Source: Octopus bimaculoides
Lineage: Eukaryota
Direction of reading: 5' to 3'
Assembly (NCBI RefSeq): GCF_001194135.2
Contig: NC_068982.1
Location: forward strand, 43,332,430-43,370,609
DNA length: 38,180 nt
How positions within the stretch are numbered: position 1 is the stretch's first letter; each line of letters begins with the position of its first letter. Of this stretch, positions 35,571 to 38,180 are shown one piece after another. The notes below the pieces were generated by a model, which worked only from the letters and a program-made list of their open reading frames with translations, ran no database searches and was not told the origin of the DNA. Both the position numbers and the translations under genes were made by a program.

Positions 35571-35743
35571 TGTTGTAACATAAAGAAATGTGAGCGATTG
35601 GCAGCTCGGATTGGTAAGTAATACACTGTGAACCTTTGGTTGAGAGCGTTGAGTCTCAAGTAATAGTGATCGTATTGCCTCATGAAAATATTTACTTTCC
35701 CCACGCTCTGCTTCGTTGAATTATATAACCAAAATCCAGGCTA
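35571..35743 (+). mobile_element. Putative Gypsy 3' LTR (partial)
   Basis: Begins TGTTGTAAC shortly after the PPT-like array and is cut by a SINE. No second LTR in the window to confirm. Confidence 0.4.
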
Positions 35744-36140
35744 TTTTACTCTTTACTCTTTACTCTTTTACTTGTTTCAGTCATTTGACTGCGGCCACGC
35801 TGGATCACCGCCTTTAGTCGAGCAATTCGACCCTAGGACTTATTCTTTGGATGCCTAGTACTTATTCTATCAGTCTCTTTTGCCGAACCGCTAAGTGACG
35901 GGGATATAAACACACCAGCATCGGTTGTCAAGCAATGCTAGGGGGACAAACACAGACACACAAACACATACACACACACATATATATATATATATACATA
36001 TATACGATGGGCTTCTTTCAGTTTCCGTCTACCAAATCCACTCACAAGGCTTTAGTCGGCCCGAGGCTATAGTAGAAGACACTTGCCCAAGATGCCACGC
36101 AGTGGGACTGAACCCGGAACTATGTGGTTGGTAAGTAAGC
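35744..36140 (-). mobile_element. SINE family C, near full length (5' head lost at AGCTT)
   Basis: (TACTCTT)n tail, internal (CA)/(TA) microsatellite, GGGACTGAACCCGGAAC B-box complement. Confidence 0.92.
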
Positions 36141-36559
36141 TCGTGAAAAAACACAGATTCCAAAATATACGTATGTGCCTGCACACCTATGTATGCGTGC
36201 GCGTTCTGGATTTTCGTCAGGCTGACTATATATGACACTAAGCATCTAAGAACATCAATATATGATATGCGATTGTTTTAGTTGATTTAACCCTTTCCTA
36301 AACATGATCAATTTTAACTGCCGGCTTTGCAGTGCGATTGACCCCTGATGCTGAAACTTGAACGTGAAGATTCATTATATTGGCATCATGCCGTGCTTAC
36401 TTTGCGGGAAGAAACTATATACTACAACATCAACATTGAGCCTAAATTCAGAATTTACACGGTGTTCCTTGGGACAGTTTCTGGTTGGTTTTTAATAAGG
36501 TTTCGAGTTCTGAAACACAACATCTAAGAGGCTTCTTCACTCTCGTCTAAAACTTTATG

Positions 36560-36593
36560 CGTGTGTGTGTATGTATGTGTGTGTGTGTGTGTT

Positions 36594-36624
<31 letters not shown>

Positions 36625-36739
36625 TTGTGTGCGTGCGTGTGTGTATGTGTGTATGAGTGTGTGTGTGCTTATATGCATGCATATATGTGTGTAGGTAGGC
36701 AGGTATAATATATACATACATATGTATATATAAGCATGC

Positions 36740-36805
<66 letters not shown>
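36560..36805 (+). repeat. (TG)n/(TA)n compound microsatellite
   Basis: Direct reading. Confidence 0.92.
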
Positions 36806-36810
<5 letters not shown>

Positions 36811-36890
36811 TGAGAATGTGCGTCTGTCTATATGTATGTATCACTAAAACTTGAGAACTACCCAACCGATTTCATTCCAATTTTACACAG
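36800..36890 (+). mobile_element. Possible Helitron-like non-autonomous element, 5' part
   Basis: TATATAAAA...GTCTGTCT..GTATGTAT...CAACCGATTTCATTCCAATTTTACAC resembles a recalled invertebrate Helitron/HINE 5' layout. No 3' hairpin/CTRR seen. Confidence 0.3.
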
Positions 36891-37127
36891 AGTCCACGCA
36901 GTGTCATGGGCTAAAATGTTCAACTTCTTACCTATTGCCACCTCGGAGCAATCTCTTACTCATACACTATTTCAGTATTACGTGTCAAAAGTGAAACAAT
37001 AACATGTCTATTTAATACTTTCACTATTAATACTGATGTTACGTGATGGTGATGATGATATATATACATACAAACAAACACACACACACACACGCACACA
37101 CACGCACACACACACACACACATAATA

Positions 37128-37241
37128 TAGGTGCAGGTGTGGTTGTGCTGTTTGCCTACCAACCACATGGTTTCAGGTTCAGTTCCACTGCGTGACCCCT
37201 TGGGCAAGTGTCTTCTACTATAGCTTCGGGGCGATCAAAGC

Positions 37242-37284
<43 letters not shown>

Positions 37285-37518
37285 TGTGTGTGTGTGTGCG
37301 TGTGTGTGTGTTTGTGTGTCTGTGTTTGTCCCCCCACCATCGCTTGACAACCGATGTTGGTGTGTTTACGTCACCGTAACCTAGCGGTTCGGCAAAATAA
37401 CGATATGATAAGTACTAGGCTGACAAAGATTAAGTCCTGGGGTCGATTTGTTCGGCTAAATGTGGTGCTCCAACATGGCCGCAGTCAAATGACTGAAACA
37501 AAAAAAAAGAGTAAAAGA
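37128..37518 (+). mobile_element. SINE family C, near full length
   Basis: GGTGCAGGTGTGG head with small lesion, GGTTCAGTTCC B-box, CCTTGGGCAAGTGTCTT core, internal (TA)n(TG)n, AAAAGAGTAAAAG tail. Confidence 0.9.
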
Positions 37519-37949
37519 ATATATATATATATATAGATATAGATATATATATATATATAGTGTTGATATCCCTGCTTTTTTTATATACTATAGTATATCG
37601 ATTTCAGATCCCCAACAAAGAATCTTACGTACGTGTACGGACAAAAATAAAACGAAATTCTGAAATATTATATTACTTCCAAGTGTTAATAACTATCAAG
37701 ATAACAGTAGGTATGAGCTTACTTTCGCTGTATATATGGCTATGTATGTATGTATGTATGTATGTATGTATGTATGCATGTACGTATAATATATATATAT
37801 ATATATATATACGTAGTGGTTTAATCTAGGCCAACGACTTCTATATTATAGTCCCGGAAAAAATAACGTAGTTCTTTACAATTTTAGCAATTGAGATATG
37901 ACAATGAATCCGGGTGCGACAATATACAGCTAAAGCTGAAATTATTCAT

Positions 37950-38067
37950 TTTATTATTATTATTATTATTATTGTTATTGTTGTTGTTGTTGTTGTTGTT
38001 GTAAGTTGTAGTAGTAGTAGTAGTAATTATTTACAAATGATACATAAGTACTTATGTACACACGTAC

Positions 38068-38098
<31 letters not shown>

Positions 38099-38180
38099 CC
38101 TGCATGCATACATACATGTGCACACAAACACATATATATACATATACACATGGATATATATATATATATATATATATATA
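37950..38180 (+). repeat. (ATT)n(GTT)n(GTA)n and (CATA)n/(TA)n microsatellites
   Basis: Direct reading. Confidence 0.9.

Overview
Eukaryotic, repeat-dominated scaffold with nine N-gaps. The tRNA-derived SINE families and extreme microsatellite density point to a cephalopod, probably Octopus (inference from recalled repeat consensus; no search run). No complete host gene is visible. The window is a patchwork of three SINE families (about 18 copies), long microsatellites and decayed retroelements: several R4/Dong-type RLE LINE fragments, a CRE-type RLE fragment, an RTE RT fragment, an APE-LINE fragment and a Ty3/Gypsy pol with a multiplied polypurine tract. There are also short hAT- and Helitron-like ends and a few candidate host exons. 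The most notable structure is a ~2.1 kb insertion (19820-21933) that splits the tRNA-like head of a SINE and is bounded by a perfect 9-bp target-site duplication (AAGAAGCTT). It encodes only a Tx1/L1-type ORF1-like protein (RRM-like + CCHC knuckle), with no ORF2 in contiguous sequence. It also carries a canonical 106-nt intron signature in its 5' region and four related stem-loops in its 3' UTR. This looks like a non-autonomous ORF1-only ('half-LINE') retroelement, possibly targeting SINE/tRNA-like sequence. Most ORFs in the supplied track are microsatellite or N-gap artefacts.
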